NCBI GenBank assembly: GCA_963827685.1
Contig: CAWHBU010000003.1
Span: forward strand, 544,001-608,000
Reading direction: 5' to 3'
Source of the DNA: an uncultured delta proteobacterium
GTDB taxonomy: Bacteria; Desulfobacterota; BSN033; UBA1163
Length of the DNA: 64,000 bases
The position numbers and the translations under genes are program-made. Positions within the stretch are counted from its first letter, which is position 1. Each line of letters starts with the position of its first letter. Shown piece by piece: positions 19,701 through 28,323 of this stretch. A model generated the notes under the pieces. The model worked only from the letters and a program-made list of their open reading frames with translations. It was not told the DNA's origin and ran no database searches.

Positions 19701-19982
19701 CCTCACCCGCGCCGTCGCCAGAGCAGCTATGGCGCGTCGGCAACTCCCCCTCTCCCCAGCGGCTGTGTCGTAACGTCATTGCGAGGGAGTAAAATGACCG
19801 AAGCAATCTCATAGTTATGGAGAGAGGTTGCCACGCCTGCGTGCCGAAATGTTTGCTTGCACGAAGCACTTCGACTAAGAAAGGCACTCCAGCGTGCAGG
19901 CTCGCTTTCCCGCCAAGGCGGGATCGCTCGCAATGACCAAGAGGGGTTACAACACAGTCTCCTAACGGAGAGGGGGTGAGGG
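19701..19982. repeat. Nested composite of at least four palindromic repeat families
   Basis: From outside in: CCTCACCC..GGGTGAGG; GGCTGTGTCGTAAC/GTTACAACACAGTC; GTCATTGCGAG/CTCGCAATGAC; CCTGCGTGCC/GGCAC..GCAGG. Confidence 0.8.
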
Positions 19983-20114
19983 CAAAATTTCAGAGGATTA
20001 CAGTAAAAGAAATTAAAGTGGAAAATATTCGTGTAAGAAATTTGTTTACACCAAGATAGGTTTGTGCTAACTTATCATCGTGGCGGGGAAGGGGTAAAAA
20101 TGGGAGGAACCGCC

Positions 20115-20291
20115 ATGGAAACAAAGGTGGGAGACACGGTGAGAAGCATTTTAAACGGTATCGAGTATAAGGTTAAGAAAATCGTAAAGAGCATGGCCGT
20201 CCTTGAATCCCGAGACGGAAAAAACCAAATTTTAACAGAGCTTGAAAACCTAAGCTTATTCTACAAGAAAAAGAGAGGAAAAGTCGTATGA
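20115..20291 (+). CDS. Small hypothetical protein (beta-rich)
   Basis: GGAGG RBS; METKVGDTVRSILNGIEYKVKKIV... Confidence 0.6.
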   Translation: METKVGDTVRSILNGIEYKVKKIVKSMAVLESRDGKNQILTELENLSLFYKKKRGKVV

Positions 20292-20390
20292 ACCAAGATA
20301 TGATAAATCCCCTTCCCGCCACATCATCTTTCAATTAAGACCGTTTATCTTCCCTCAGGCTTTATCGTTGTAGCCATTCTATCTCATGCT

Positions 20391-20786
20391 TTAAAGAAGC
20401 TCTCCGCAAAGACTTCGCAAAAAATTTCTTAGCTTCTCCAGGTCCCCCGGCGAGATATCAACAAACTTCACTCCCGCCCGATAATCCCCCTGATTCTCCC
20501 CCAGATGAATATCCATCCAAACTACCTGGACCAGCGTCTCGACGGTTTTTAATTCAGACCCGGAAGAAAAAAATAATTTCAACGACAGATGGTGTCCAAC
20601 TTCCATTTTTTCAGGAAGGTAAAGTAGCAACCCCCCTTCACTGGCATTGAGGGCCCCGCCACGGTTGGCAACCAAACCACTTCGAACATACTCTACCGGC
20701 AGATTAACATCAAAACGGGGATGTTTCCTCTTTTCAAAATTTACAGTTCCATAACGGGGTTTGACTTCTTTTTCTTCTTTTTTCAT
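20391..20786 (-). CDS. PilZ domain-containing protein
   Basis: EKRKHPR, NASEGG and AGVKF motifs. Confidence 0.9.
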   Translation of the reverse strand: MKKEEKEVKPRYGTVNFEKRKHPRFDVNLPVEYVRSGLVANRGGALNASEGGLLLYLPEKMEVGHHLSLKLFFSSGSELKTVETLVQVVWMDIHLGENQGDYRAGVKFVDISPGDLEKLRNFLRSLCGELL

Positions 20787-21006
20787 CTCATCAGTTGGCT
20801 AATAAGTTATCCCTAAGAGGTCTTCCAACTTAATCCACAAGAAAATGTTGAATAGCTGTGGAATTCAATCGTATTTTGCTTGAAGGGAGCGATTTCAACC
20901 ATTTTGCTTAATAAATAAGCACAGATAAGTCAAGAAATAGATTCATGAATCTGAGAAAATTTAGTAAATTGAATATTGTTAAGGTTACTACATATTACTT
21001 TTTTCT

Positions 21007-21201
21007 TCAACATTTATTAGTAACGGACTTGCTATCCCATTTTTTATCGGGATTCTCTTCTTTTTTGACAAATCCAAACCCTCCACATCTCGGGCAAACT
21101 TCGATATCTTCAGGGTCATTGAGTAATTTGCCGTTGCCATTACATTCGTTGCAGGAAAGCATACCATATTTTTCTGGATGAAAACTTTTATCCGTAGCCA
21201 T
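21007..21201 (-). CDS. Small zinc-ribbon protein (CxxCxGxG...CxxCGGxG)
   Basis: CNECNGNG and CPRCGGFG; GGAGG RBS. Confidence 0.7.
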   Translation of the reverse strand: MATDKSFHPEKYGMLSCNECNGNGKLLNDPEDIEVCPRCGGFGFVKKEENPDKKWDSKSVTNKC

Positions 21202-21247
21202 TCTTCCCCCTCCTTCTTTCAACATGCCAACTCAACGGACTGAAAGG

Positions 21248-21430
21248 TCAGGCATCCAATTTCCCAATTTTTTGTCTTTCCTCCCCCATCCGGCTTAGCG
21301 ATCGCCTATTCTCCAAAATTAAATAGTCAATAATTTCTCCACAATAGATGCACTTCCACCCCAGGAAATGTTCATGAGGACCATAAAATTTTTCCTGGAC
21401 CATGGTACTTCCGCAGCGATCACACCTCAT
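21248..21430 (-). CDS. Small zinc-ribbon protein (CxxC...CxxC)
   Basis: MRCDRCGSTM...WKCIYCGEIID; GGAG RBS. Confidence 0.7.
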   Translation of the reverse strand: MRCDRCGSTMVQEKFYGPHEHFLGWKCIYCGEIIDYLILENRRSLSRMGEERQKIGKLDA

Positions 21431-21519
21431 TGGGAACTCCAAGAAGAATCCTCTAATTCCTTTGTTGGAAATCTACTCCTTCGACTTAGATTCTTTCCAT
21501 GGCTTCAGAGATGGTCATT

Positions 21520-21536
21520 AGCAAATACTATACCCA
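21520..21536 (-). promoter_or_regulatory. Putative sigma-54 promoter for the zinc-ribbon genes
   Basis: Reverse complement TGGGTATAGTATTTGCT: GG-N10-GC spacing. Confidence 0.5.
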
Positions 21537-21821
21537 TTTGAATCACTACAAGATTGCACTTACTAACTTTTGGTCATTACAAGGCTTATACAGCTGACTC
21601 AGGTAGAGAAGTGGCTGTCAAAAGGATGCAACGAAAGTTGACATCTTTTTAGCGGCCTTCGGATAAGTTATTTAAATCAGTAAATTGGCCTTTGGTAAAA
21701 AAAGTTGACAGTGCAAAAAAAGTTGCACCTTTTTATAAGGCAGAAACCTAAAGAGAAGACGATGCCTGAGGAGTATTTGATGATGGGAGGCCGTGGAAAA
21801 GAATTGTGGCCTGCCAAATGC

Positions 21822-21958
21822 AGTGAAGCTCCCCGGCCACAGGCCGGGGCTTCCCGGGCACGCAGTGGCGAGCGAGATGCGAGCAAAGGAAATATCGTTT
21901 TAACTGTGCCCCTTAACCCCGCCTACAAGGCGGGGCTTGCGGGGCACCTGCCGGTCAA
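21822..21958 (+). mobile_element. Non-autonomous IS200/IS605-type MITE, copy 2
   Basis: Homologous to 6801-6957; ends CCGGTCAA 12 bp from the 3' end of tRNA-Gln. Confidence 0.75.
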
Positions 21959-21970
21959 CCACAAAATGCA

Positions 21971-22044
21971 TGGCTGGGGGGCAAGGATTCGAACCTCGGT
22001 TGATGGAGCCAGAGTCCATAGTCCTACCGCTAGACGACCCCCCA
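21971..22044 (-). tRNA. tRNA-Gln (CTG), G37 type
   Basis: Reverse complement TGGGGGGTCGTCTAGCGGTAGGACTATGGACT-CTG-GCTCCATCAACCGAGGTTCGAATCCTTGCCCCCCAGCCA. Confidence 0.95.
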
Positions 22045-22339
22045 ACCCTTGAAAAAACAAAGCCTGCCTCCGCTGCCTACCGGCAGGCAGATGCGGAGGG
22101 CAAAGAGCATAGCTTTGTTGGCTCAAAGCAATGATACCACTAAAAATGCAGATGGATCAATATCAACGAGACTTAGCTTCGAGATGACTTAAAAGATCGC
22201 CCATTGGAATCTCTTTGGGGTTTCTGCCTCAGTATTTCTCAAGAAGCTCCTGAAATCTCTTAGCCCATTGGGTCTTGCGAGATGGGTAGGATATGATATA
22301 TTAAGAGGCGAAGTGGAGCAAGAGAAAGGAACCTACGCC

Positions 22340-24028
22340 ATGGGTCAAACCAATTCGTCAGCCTCCTCAGATTTTATAAGAGAAATTATTGAGGAACACC
22401 TAAGAACCAATAGGTTCCAGGGACGTGTCGCGACACGCTTTCCACCCGAACCGAATGGATACCTCCATATCGGACATGCCAAGTCCGTCTGCCTCAATTT
22501 TGGCATCGCCGCCCAGTATGGGGGTACCTGTAATGTAAGGATGGATGATACAGATCCAAGTGGTGAATCCCTTGAATATGTCGAATCGATTATCAACAAT
22601 GTCCGCTGGTTGGGGTTTGATTGGGAAGATCGCCTGTTCTACGCTTCTGACTATTTTGAGCAGCTCTACCAATTTGCAGTCCGACTGATTGAAGCCGACA
22701 AAGCCTATGTCTGCAGTCTGAGTGCAGATGAAATAAGGGAACAACGGGGTACTTTAACCGAGCCGGGAAAAGAGAGTCCTTATCGGAACCGCTCCATGGA
22801 AGAGAACCTGGATTTATTCAGGCGAATGCGGGCGGGAGAATTCGAGGACGGAGCCCATGTGCTTCGTGCCAAAATCGATATGGCCTCTCCAAACATCACC
22901 CTACGAGATCCTGTCCTCTACCGCATCAAGCGGGCGACTCACTATCGAACGGGGACGAAATGGTGCATCTACCCGATGTACGACTTTGCCCACTGTCTTT
23001 CAGACTCCATCGAAAAAATCACTCATTCGATTTGCACCCTGGAGTTTGAAAATAACCGTCCCTTGTACGATTGGATTCTGGATCAGTTGAGCGTGGATTG
23101 TCATCCTCAGCAAATTGAATTCGCTCGTCTCAACCTCAACTACACGATTCTCAGTAAGCGAAGACTAATCGAATTAGTAACCAGAGGGCATGTGACAGGC
23201 TGGGACGATCCACGAATGCCCACTATAGCGGGGATGAGAAGGCGAGGCTACACACCGGAGGCGATCCGAAACTTTTGTGCGAGGATCGGTGTAGCCAAGA
23301 ATGAAAATCTTGTCGATATTTCTCTTCTTGAGCACTGCGTTCGTGAAGATTTGAATGAACGGGCGCTACGCGTCATGGGCGTATTGCGGCCCCTTCGTGT
23401 GGTCATCGATAACTATCCCGAAGGGCAGGTCGAAGAGTTTAAATGTCCCAATCATCCACAGAACCCTGATATGGGATCGCGGAGTGTCCCCTTTTCCAGA
23501 GTACTCTATATTGAACAAGATGACTTTCACAAAAATCCTCCCAAAAAATACTATCGCCTCGGTCCGGGGCGTGAGGTGCGCCTGCGATATTCGTACATCA
23601 TAAAGTGTGTAAGGATGGTTGAGGATGCGAAGACGGGTGAGGTCGCTGAAGTGCACTGCACCTATGATCCAGAGACGCGAAATGCCCCGCCCCCAGACGG
23701 ACACAAAGTTGAGGGAGTCATTCACTGGGTGTCGGCGAGCCATTCGGTTCCTGTTGAGGTGCGATTGTATGATCGTCTCTTCCAGATCCCCGAGCCAGCG
23801 GCTGAAGGAGATGATTTTACAAGACACCTAAATCCAAAATCGTTGGAAACCCTCACCTCATGCCGTGTGGAACCCAATCTCGCTAAGGCAGCCCCAGGAA
23901 GCAGATACCAGTTCGAAAGGCTCGGCTATTTCTTTGTGGATCCTGTTGATTCTTCCGATACAACCCTGGTATTCAATCGGACTGCGACACTACGAGATAC
24001 CTGGGCCAAAATCTCGGGGAAAGGATAG
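22340..24028 (+). CDS. glnS: Glutamine--tRNA ligase
   Basis: [32 protein letters not shown] and QFERLGYF motifs; ATG 22340 follows AAAGGA. Confidence 0.97.
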   Translation: MGQTNSSASSDFIREIIEEHLRTNRFQGRVATRFPPEPNGYLHIGHAKSVCLNFGIAAQYGGTCNVRMDDTDPSGESLEYVESIINNVRWLGFDWEDRLFYASDYFEQLYQFAVRLIEADKAYVCSLSADEIREQRGTLTEPGKESPYRNRSMEENLDLFRRMRAGEFEDGAHVLRAKIDMASPNITLRDPVLYRIKRATHYRTGTKWCIYPMYDFAHCLSDSIEKITHSICTLEFENNRPLYDWILDQLSVDCHPQQIEFARLNLNYTILSKRRLIELVTRGHVTGWDDPRMPTIAGMRRRGYTPEAIRNFCARIGVAKNENLVDISLLEHCVREDLNERALRVMGVLRPLRVVIDNYPEGQVEEFKCPNHPQNPDMGSRSVPFSRVLYIEQDDFHKNPPKKYYRLGPGREVRLRYSYIIKCVRMVEDAKTGEVAEVHCTYDPETRNAPPPDGHKVEGVIHWVSASHSVPVEVRLYDRLFQIPEPAAEGDDFTRHLNPKSLETLTSCRVEPNLAKAAPGSRYQFERLGYFFVDPVDSSDTTLVFNRTATLRDTWAKISGKG

Positions 24029-24042
24029 TACATAGTAGCTTA

Positions 24043-25179
24043 TCATGCTAGTAATGTCCTTAGATTTGTCAGGATTTCTAAAACCGGGGCAATTTCAATT
24101 TTGCCATCATACATCCGGCGATTTCCTGTGTAAACAAAGTACGCCTTTGCCATAGGATAATCTGCTAAGAATGATTTTAACCCTCCAAGCATGGCCGATG
24201 TAATCCTCGATGTTCTTTTTATTTCAAAGGCGAGCAGTCCTTTAGGCCCATACAAAACAAAGTCCACTTCTCTGCCATTTGAAGTACGCCAGTAAAAAAT
24301 CTTATAACCAAAATCCAAGGCGTTATTAAGCGCAATGAACTCTTGAAGAAAGAGCGCTTCCAAAGCGATTCCATCAACCTCTTCCGGAGCATCGAGCGGC
24401 CCCATGGGTCTCAAAGTCCTATAGATCCCTACATCAAAAAAATAGAATTTGGGATGTACTATAAGCCGTCTTTTTGCCTTCTTAGAGAAAATGGGTACCC
24501 GGTAGCCGATCATAAGATCCTCAAGTATCGAAAAGTAACTTTCAACAACCTTTCTTTCGACATGACATTCCCGTGCCACAGAAGAAATGCTCAAAACAGA
24601 TCCCTGCGAGAAACTCGCGGCCTCCAGAAATCGAGCAAATGCCGAAAGGTTTCTTGTGAGCCCTTCCTGACGAATCTCTTCTTCAAGATAAGTCCTTACA
24701 TAGGCCTCAAGATATTTCTTGGGATCGGCTTCCGTGTAGACGCTGGGTAATTGACCATACCTAAGAGAATGTTCCAATCGAAAATCGTCTCCCAATTCAG
24801 TAACAGATAAAGGATACATGGAAAGCGTCAACGCCCGGCCAGCCAGAAGGTTTGGACCCTTTCCTTTCAGCTTCCGTGGGCTGGAGCCGGTGAGAACAAA
24901 GCGATATTTTTTTGTTTCAATCAAGCGGTGGACTTCATGCAAAAGATCGGGGATCCGCTGAACTTCATCAATAATGATCCAGTCCTTGAAATCAGGGGGG
25001 AAAAAATTCGACAATCGTTGTGGATTTGCTGTCAAATCATTGAATAGCTCAGCTTCTAATAGATCAATATAAACAGCCCTTGGAAAGGCAGACTTAACCC
25101 ATGTGGTCTTGCCGGTTCCTCGGGGACCGAACAAAAAGAAACTTTTGGCTTTTGGCGGCCTGATAATTCTGGAATACAT
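24043..25179 (-). CDS. AAA+ ATPase with DUF4143 / C-terminal PD-(D/E)XK-like domain
   Basis: GPRGTGKT, IIDEVQR, LTGSS, LAGR, PKFYFFDVG and EVDFV..FEIK motifs. Confidence 0.9.
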   Translation of the reverse strand: MYSRIIRPPKAKSFFLFGPRGTGKTTWVKSAFPRAVYIDLLEAELFNDLTANPQRLSNFFPPDFKDWIIIDEVQRIPDLLHEVHRLIETKKYRFVLTGSSPRKLKGKGPNLLAGRALTLSMYPLSVTELGDDFRLEHSLRYGQLPSVYTEADPKKYLEAYVRTYLEEEIRQEGLTRNLSAFARFLEAASFSQGSVLSISSVARECHVERKVVESYFSILEDLMIGYRVPIFSKKAKRRLIVHPKFYFFDVGIYRTLRPMGPLDAPEEVDGIALEALFLQEFIALNNALDFGYKIFYWRTSNGREVDFVLYGPKGLLAFEIKRTSRITSAMLGGLKSFLADYPMAKAYFVYTGNRRMYDGKIEIAPVLEILTNLRTLLA

Positions 25180-25542
25180 GATTCCATTTTACATATAAAT
25201 TTGGAGTTGTCAAGTAAATTTCTACAAATTCATTCCCTGGCCTTCACTTCCACTCATCCATTCTGAAAAGCTCTCGCCAATGAAGGTAAGGAAATTGAAC
25301 AACGCTTAATGCTCACCCTGTTACCAAGGGGTTACTCCCGAAAGATGAGTACGGTCAGATTGATATCAAATCTTTGAGATGTTATCATCATTACGCGTTG
25401 CAGAGTTCGTGTCAATATGGCTTATCTCCTTATTTGTAAGATTCGTCATGATCAGCTGAAAAACTCTTGATGACCAAAGTGGGTGTACAAGAAGCACATC
25501 ATTTGTAATTGATAGTGATTCTAAATCCTCAGAGGTGGGTCG

Positions 25543-26526
25543 ATGATTGAAGAAATCTTGGCAAATCTATACAAAATCGAAATTCCTCTTCCGAAGAATC
25601 CCCTGAAAGCCATCAACTCCTACGTGATAAAGAATGCGGAACGAAACTTGATTATCGATACCGGCTGGAATCAAGAACAGTGCATGGAGGTCATGCAAGC
25701 CGGTTTGAGGGAACTTGGAGTCGATATAAGAAAAACAGACTTTTTTATTACTCATCTCCACGCAGATCATTTTGGTCTTGTCTCCAACCTTATTACAGAT
25801 AATTCGAAGATATACTTCAACCGGCCGGATGCCGATCGATTTAAATCGGGTTTTCGGCTGGAGGAGTTTCTAAACTTTGCCCGCTTGAACGGTTACCCTG
25901 AGAATGAGCTTCAGAAGGCCCTCCAGAGCCATCCCGGCCTTAAATTCAGGCCAAGCGCCGACTTAACTTTTCATATCTTGAAAGAGGGCGACACCATAAG
26001 CATCGGGGATTATGCATTCAAGTGTATTGAGACGCCCGGCCATACTTGGGGGCATATGTGTCTTTACGAACCCGGCAAGAAGATCTTTGTATCCGGAGAT
26101 CATATCCTTAATGACATCACTCCCAACATCCAATTGTGGTCAGATGAGTGGAATCCCTTGAAGGAGTACTTAGCAAGCTTGGACAAGGTCTATGAGCTTG
26201 ATATCAAACTTGTACTGCCCGGACATAGAGGCATTTTCAGGGACTGCAGGAAAAGGATTCAGGAATTAAAACAACACCACCAGGACAGGCTTGATGAAAT
26301 TGTTTCTATTCTGGGAAAGGCCAAGATGAATGCTTTTCGGGTGGCTTCTAAGATGACCTGGGATATTGTAAGTGACTCTTGGGATCTATTCCCGGTCTCC
26401 CAAAAATGGTTTGCCACTGGCGAGGCAATTGCTCATCTGAAATACCTTAAGGAGAAAGGAACCATAAGAAGCGAAGTTCGGAAACAGAAGATCGTGTTTT
26501 CTCTGAACAGAAATCATGCGATGTAG
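25543..26526 (+). CDS. MBL-fold metallo-hydrolase
   Basis: THLHADH, TPGHTWGH, SGDH and PGH motifs; C-terminal winged-helix-like region (EAIAHLKYL). Confidence 0.92.
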   Translation: MIEEILANLYKIEIPLPKNPLKAINSYVIKNAERNLIIDTGWNQEQCMEVMQAGLRELGVDIRKTDFFITHLHADHFGLVSNLITDNSKIYFNRPDADRFKSGFRLEEFLNFARLNGYPENELQKALQSHPGLKFRPSADLTFHILKEGDTISIGDYAFKCIETPGHTWGHMCLYEPGKKIFVSGDHILNDITPNIQLWSDEWNPLKEYLASLDKVYELDIKLVLPGHRGIFRDCRKRIQELKQHHQDRLDEIVSILGKAKMNAFRVASKMTWDIVSDSWDLFPVSQKWFATGEAIAHLKYLKEKGTIRSEVRKQKIVFSLNRNHAM

Positions 26527-26606
26527 CTCTCGAAGAGAGAAGCATCCAAACAATCTGCTCAAGAGAGGTATTAAGAATCGCCTTTAGACTGTTTCCTGCT
26601 CTTGGC

Positions 26607-26650
26607 AATAAAAATGGGTCTGGCACAATGGAACCAGACCCATTTTTATT
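26607..26650. terminator. Bidirectional terminator
   Basis: AATAAAAATGGGTCTGG-N10-CCAGACCCATTTTTATT between the convergent MBL gene and tRNA-Gln. Confidence 0.8.
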
Positions 26651-26653
26651 CTA

Positions 26654-26727
26654 TGGCTGGGAGACGAGGGGTCGAACCTCGATTCACGGAGTCAGAGTCC
26701 GTTGTCCTACCATTGAACGATCTCCCA
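26654..26727 (-). tRNA. tRNA-Gln (CTG), A37 type
   Basis: Reverse complement TGGGAGATCGTTCAATGGTAGGACAACGGACT-CTG-ACTCCGTGAATCGAGGTTCGACCCCTCGTCTCCCAGCCA. Confidence 0.95.
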
Positions 26728-26830
26728 ATTTCTCGTGTCCGTGATTTGTGTCACGTGACTCGTTTCACTCAATAAAAAATATTAACACAAAAACTTTACT
26801 TTAGTACATCTAAAAGTTTATTGATCAATC

Positions 26831-28084
26831 TCAAACAATCTTTGATTTCAGGGTTTCCAAAACCTTGTCAATCGGGATCTCTTCCTGGGATTTGGTTTCC
26901 ATATTTCTCAACACCGCTTTTCCTCGTTTCAATTCGTCTTCTCCCAGGATGAGGACATATCGAGCCTTGAGTTTGTCCGCCCTTCGCATCTGACTCTTCA
27001 GACTTTTCCCCTCATAGTCCAACTCTGCCCGAATTCTTTCGAGGTGGAGCTGGTTGGCCAATTGATAGGCCTTCGTGTAAGGTTTTTCGCCCAAGGCAGC
27101 GATGAAGAGGTGCGGGTATTGGGCAAATTCCTTTTCTTTCGGTAATAGGGAGATCAACCTCTCCATTCCTATGGCAAACCCAATCCCCGGAACATCAAGA
27201 CCTCCGATCTCCTGGAAGAGATTGTCATATCGTCCCCCTCCTGCTACGGCATTCTGAGAACCCAACTGATAAGAAACTACCTCAAAAGCGGTTCGGGTAT
27301 AATAATCCAACCCCCTCACCATTCGAGGATTCAAAATATAAGTCAGCCCTGCCGACTCAAGATATTCCTTCACTTTGTCAAAATGTTTCTGACATTCCGG
27401 ACAGATGAAGTCACTCACCTTGGGTGCGTTGGCAATCGCCTCCTGGCAGGTCTCGACCTTGCAGTCAAAGATGCGCAGAGGATTGGTCTGAAGCCTTCTC
27501 TGACAGTCCTCACAGAGCTGAAAAGATTTGCTGGTTAGAAACTTTTTTAGTTCGTCCCGGTAACGTGGCCGGCAGGCACGGCAGCCCAAGGAATTGATCT
27601 GAAGTTCGAGCTTCTCGAGCCCTACTCTTTCCAAAAAATGGATGAGCATGACAATGAGCTCGGCATCCACCATGGGGTTCTCCACACCAAAGACCTCTGC
27701 ATCAATCTGATAAAACTGACGGTAGCGCCCTTTTTGCGGTCTCTCATACCGGAACATGGGGCCAATACAGTAAAGCTTGGCTACGGAATCAATGGTATAG
27801 AGCTGGTGTTCCAAATAGGCACGTGCCATAGAGGCCGTGGCCTCGGGGCGGAGGGTTAGAGAGTTATCACTCTTATCGGTAAAAGTATACATCTCCTTCT
27901 CAACGATGTCGGTTGCTTCTCCGATGCCGCGGGAGAAAAGTTCTGTCCGTTCCAGGATAGGAATACGTATCTCCGAGAAACCAAACCCCTCGAAAACCTC
28001 CCGAGCGGTCTCTTCTACAAATTGCCACTTTCCGACCTCATCGGGAAGGATATCATTGAAACCACGAATGGCTTTGATTTCCAT
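26831..28084 (-). CDS. hisS: Histidine--tRNA ligase
   Basis: KEMYTF, LRPEATA, FRYERPQKGRYRQFYQ, RGLDYY and GGGRYD motifs; start at MEIKAIRG. Confidence 0.97.
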   Translation of the reverse strand: MEIKAIRGFNDILPDEVGKWQFVEETAREVFEGFGFSEIRIPILERTELFSRGIGEATDIVEKEMYTFTDKSDNSLTLRPEATASMARAYLEHQLYTIDSVAKLYCIGPMFRYERPQKGRYRQFYQIDAEVFGVENPMVDAELIVMLIHFLERVGLEKLELQINSLGCRACRPRYRDELKKFLTSKSFQLCEDCQRRLQTNPLRIFDCKVETCQEAIANAPKVSDFICPECQKHFDKVKEYLESAGLTYILNPRMVRGLDYYTRTAFEVVSYQLGSQNAVAGGGRYDNLFQEIGGLDVPGIGFAIGMERLISLLPKEKEFAQYPHLFIAALGEKPYTKAYQLANQLHLERIRAELDYEGKSLKSQMRRADKLKARYVLILGEDELKRGKAVLRNMETKSQEEIPIDKVLETLKSKIV

Positions 28085-28150
28085 GCTGAGTCCCCTCACT
28101 TTTGATCTCAGTAATTTATCCCATTGACTACCAAAAGTCAAAATCGAAAT

Positions 28151-28219
28151 CCCCCTCACCCTCCCCTTCCCCTGCCTTCGCCGAAGCGGCTTCGCGCAGG
28201 CAGGCCACAGGGGAGAGGG
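28151..28219. repeat. CCCCTCACCC..GGGGAGAGGG REP carrying a 34-bp palindromic insert (28171-28204)
   Basis: Insert CCTGCCTTCGCCGAAGCGGCTTCGCGCAGGCAGG is the exact reverse complement of 52006-52039. Confidence 0.85.
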
Positions 28220-28323
28220 AAAAAGCGAAGGAAGTCAAAATACAAATAGTTGATTCTGTTGATTCTTGAGGAGATTTGAGATAACCTGAATCAATGGAGA
28301 AGGTTAAGGTTGGGGTTAAGACG

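Noticed and set aside
19495-19933. ORFs 19495-19887, 19580-19792 and 19727-19933
   Set aside because: They are translations of nested GC-rich palindromic repeats with no protein motifs.
21677-22134. ORFs 21705-22052, 21923-22126 and neighbours
   Set aside because: They run through the MITE and the tRNA-Gln gene.
16329-26727. tRNA-targeted prophage or integrative element
   Set aside because: No integrase and no duplicated tRNA 3' end seen; the two tRNA-Gln genes are complete and divergent, not attL/attR.
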